The notes under the pieces are model-generated. The model had not been told where the DNA came from, did no database searches, and was given only the letters and a program-made list of their open reading frames with translations. A program made the position numbers and the translations under genes. This document shows, one piece after another, positions 61,541-64,000 of a DNA stretch of 64,000 nucleotides; within the stretch, counting starts at the first letter, position 1; the number at the start of each line of letters is the position of its first letter. This DNA is from Botryllus schlosseri (lineage: Eukaryota). The stretch is from positions 17,734,001 to 17,798,000 of the forward strand of contig CM119372.1 in the NCBI GenBank assembly GCA_051294905.1, read 5' to 3'.

Positions 61541-63109
61541 ATGGAGGGTTCTTTAAAAACGAACATAATTTCGGCATTCAAGATGTACGGTTTATCGCTT
61601 CGAATTGACGCAAGGAACTATCTCGTCGACAAGTTGCAGTCTGTAAACGTGGTAGAAAGGGAAGGTCAAATTGAGAGAATACTCGATGAAGTTAACAAAC
61701 TAACATTGGCTACCCCTTTCATCGATGTTGACATCATACAAAATGCAATTAATGAGAGCTGCAAAACTGAAGCTGACGTTAATAGCAATGGTCAGAAATT
61801 GTCCGTGATCGGTGCTTTTGAAATGCCAAAATTTTTGTACGATACGGAAAAGAGAAGGTTCCTCAACCATTCTGGGCCATTGAAGGTACTCGCCAATGCC
61901 AGTGAAAAGGCCGAGTTATTCCGTGAGCGTTATAAGTTATTGCATCAGCGCACTGTAAGGCATAAACTCTTCTCTCCTGCAACGCCAGGACCGCATGGTG
62001 AAGACGATATGAAATTTCACCTTCGGACCGTCGAATACTTGCTCGGTTGCTCGTCAAAAGTGAAAGATATCATTGTATTCGGGATGATATCGCAACTCAA
62101 AGTTCGGAGATATTTTCTCGAAGATCTCACCGGCGCTGTTGAACTGGATATGTCGAAAGCCAAATTTCACTCTGGATTGTTCACCGAAAACTGTTTTGTG
62201 TTGGCAGAGGGCTGGTATGACGACAATATATTTCACATAACAGCAATCGGCTTTCCTCCGTTAGAAACGGCAGCCACCACAAGAGCATATTATGGCAAAA
62301 CTAATTTATTTGGAGGGAGTTGCAATCTTTCTGCGAGTGCTTTGTCGAATGCCAGGGAATTTGAGATGCGCAACGATGATGCGATGATAGTCTTATTATC
62401 GGATGTATGGCTTGATCAAGAACGAGTTCTCGCAAAACTAGAAGCATTGTTCAGTGGCTTCAAAGATTCCCCGCCAATTTGCTTTATATTTTGTGGAAGC
62501 TTCATATCTGACACGCATAGCGCAAACCGTGTTAAAGTACTGAACGATTCATTGAACAACTTGATGAGAGTTATCCTGAAGTTTCCAGATCTGAGCTCAC
62601 AATCAAAGTTCATATTTGTTCCGAGTATGGAGGACAGTGGTCCCGCAAAAATCTTGCCGAGACCCGCAATACCAGAAATGATGACCGAAAAGTTTGTTCA
62701 AGAGATTCCAAATGCCATTTTTACATCCAATCCATGTCGCGTGCAGTATTGCTCGCAAGATATTGTGATATTTTGTGAAAACGTGTTTCATAAGATGATT
62801 CGAAATTGCTTGCAGTGTCCATCTGATGATCTCCCGTCTCATTTTGTCAAAACCATATTTGCGCAGGGCCATCTTTGTCCTTTACCTAACGAAATTGTCC
62901 CAGTGTATTGGCAATATGATCACGCGTTGTGGCTTTATCCCCTGCCCGATTTGGTCGTAATCGCAGATAGCCACGCGCCATCTTTCCAACAGAGCGACGC
63001 TATCGGTTGCACAGTCACTAACCCGGGATCTTTTTCCAACGGAGGATTTTCATTCAAGGTTTATTACCCCTCATCGAAAGTAGTTGAAGATAGCATTATT
63101 GGTGATTGA
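61541..63109 (+). CDS. POLE2: DNA polymerase epsilon subunit 2 (Dpb2), 522 aa, single coding exon
   Basis: SAFKMYGLSLR, KAELFRERYKLLHQRTVRHKLF, FHSGLFTENCFVLAEGWY, LSDVWLD, FTSNPCRVQYCSQDIV and HLCPLP...PVYWQYDHALWLYPLPDLVVIAD match POLE2. Confidence 0.97.
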   Translation: MEGSLKTNIISAFKMYGLSLRIDARNYLVDKLQSVNVVEREGQIERILDEVNKLTLATPFIDVDIIQNAINESCKTEADVNSNGQKLSVIGAFEMPKFLYDTEKRRFLNHSGPLKVLANASEKAELFRERYKLLHQRTVRHKLFSPATPGPHGEDDMKFHLRTVEYLLGCSSKVKDIIVFGMISQLKVRRYFLEDLTGAVELDMSKAKFHSGLFTENCFVLAEGWYDDNIFHITAIGFPPLETAATTRAYYGKTNLFGGSCNLSASALSNAREFEMRNDDAMIVLLSDVWLDQERVLAKLEALFSGFKDSPPICFIFCGSFISDTHSANRVKVLNDSLNNLMRVILKFPDLSSQSKFIFVPSMEDSGPAKILPRPAIPEMMTEKFVQEIPNAIFTSNPCRVQYCSQDIVIFCENVFHKMIRNCLQCPSDDLPSHFVKTIFAQGHLCPLPNEIVPVYWQYDHALWLYPLPDLVVIADSHAPSFQQSDAIGCTVTNPGSFSNGGFSFKVYYPSSKVVEDSIIGD

Positions 63110-63213
63110 TATTGTGCGGTATAGTTCGCTAATTTATTTTATGTGAATTTGTTTATTGTGAATTGGACACCAATCATATTTTTCTGTATATTTTCCAGGT
63201 CAACGGAATCACT

Positions 63214-64000
63214 ATGACACTGCTGCCACCTAATCTTTTAACATATATGTCGGAAGAGGGTTATGATAAATATAAAAAGATACGCCACTTGTTTGACGAA
63301 GACAGTAAATGCGATCCAGAGAACGACCCCTTCCGGTCAGCATACAAGGCTCGTGAATTACTGCAAGAAATTTCAAATAAAGTTCATGTAGAACGTGAAT
63401 GCGACGGCGCTCATGTCGGATTGAGAGTGCTTGAAGGTTCCTTGTGTTATCAACTTGGATTGAATTACATATTCTGTGAAGAACGACCGTGCGGCGAGGA
63501 ATATTTGCAGAAATCTGTGACCCTACTGAAGGACGATCTCGACACTGGTAATAGCAAGGATGCAGTTTCAATAGTCATGGCTGCTCAAACGGAACTTGGC
63601 ATACTCTGGGCAAGCCGTTATCAAGGCGCAGAACAAGCTTTATCGATCTTGGAAAAAGTGGAATCTTCTTACCACGAATACAAACGCAAGAGCGATCACG
63701 CACCGTTGACAATCGACGAATTGCTCAGCCCGCCAGAGGAACGATTGACTGACGCCGAGCGCAGGGAAAAGTTCGAAAATATATACACGCACGCGCTTTT
63801 TTATTTGGCGCAAGTCCATAAGAACTTAGGGAATAATGATCTGGCCGCGACACATTGCCAGAGAACGCTACGACGGCAACTAAAGATTGGAAATTACGAC
63901 AGGAAAGAATGGGCCGTGAATGCCGCCGGTCTGTCGCAGTATTTCATCACCAGAAACATGTTCGCCCAAGCTAAGCATTGCCTGTGCTGCGCCAATGTTG
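63214..64000 (+). CDS. KIFBP: KIF-binding protein (KBP/KIAA1279), 5' part, open to the window end
   Basis: Not in the ORF track because it has no stop in the window. Translates MTLLPPNLLTYMSEEG...DPENDPFRSAYKARELL...LGLNYIFCEE...ELGILWASR...KFENIYTHALFYLAQVHKNL...HCQRTLRRQL...EWAVNAAGLSQYF...AKHCLCCANV, matching KBP motifs. Confidence 0.92.
   Translation, partial: MTLLPPNLLTYMSEEGYDKYKKIRHLFDEDSKCDPENDPFRSAYKARELLQEISNKVHVERECDGAHVGLRVLEGSLCYQLGLNYIFCEERPCGEEYLQKSVTLLKDDLDTGNSKDAVSIVMAAQTELGILWASRYQGAEQALSILEKVESSYHEYKRKSDHAPLTIDELLSPPEERLTDAERREKFENIYTHALFYLAQVHKNLGNNDLAATHCQRTLRRQLKIGNYDRKEWAVNAAGLSQYFITRNMFAQAKHCLCCANV

Overview
Eukaryotic (animal) genomic DNA with GT-AG introns. Compact genes, many ~60-80 nt introns and a possible operon suggest an invertebrate such as an ascidian, but that is inference. 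Six protein genes are supported: TPMT-like (-, intronless), EXOC3/Sec6 (-, intronless), TRIT1 (+, 10 exons), EEF2K (-, 16 exons), POLE2 (+, intronless) and KIFBP (+, runs off the window, 104 bp after the POLE2 stop). Non-coding DNA is packed with nested hAT MITEs (8-bp TSDs), tRNA-derived SINEs and transposase relics. Two structures stand out. (1) An 8.2-kb foldback-type element in TRIT1 intron 2, whose inverted arms carry 7 and ~18 copies of a 176-bp satellite-like unit, bounded by the 8-bp duplication CTCCAGAG. (2) A young 2.5-kb non-autonomous LTR element in an EEF2K intron, with non-canonical TTTAAC...GTTAAA ends, a perfect tRNA-Trp PBS, a 5-bp TSD, and doubled PBS and PPT modules. All calls were made by eye; no database search was run.
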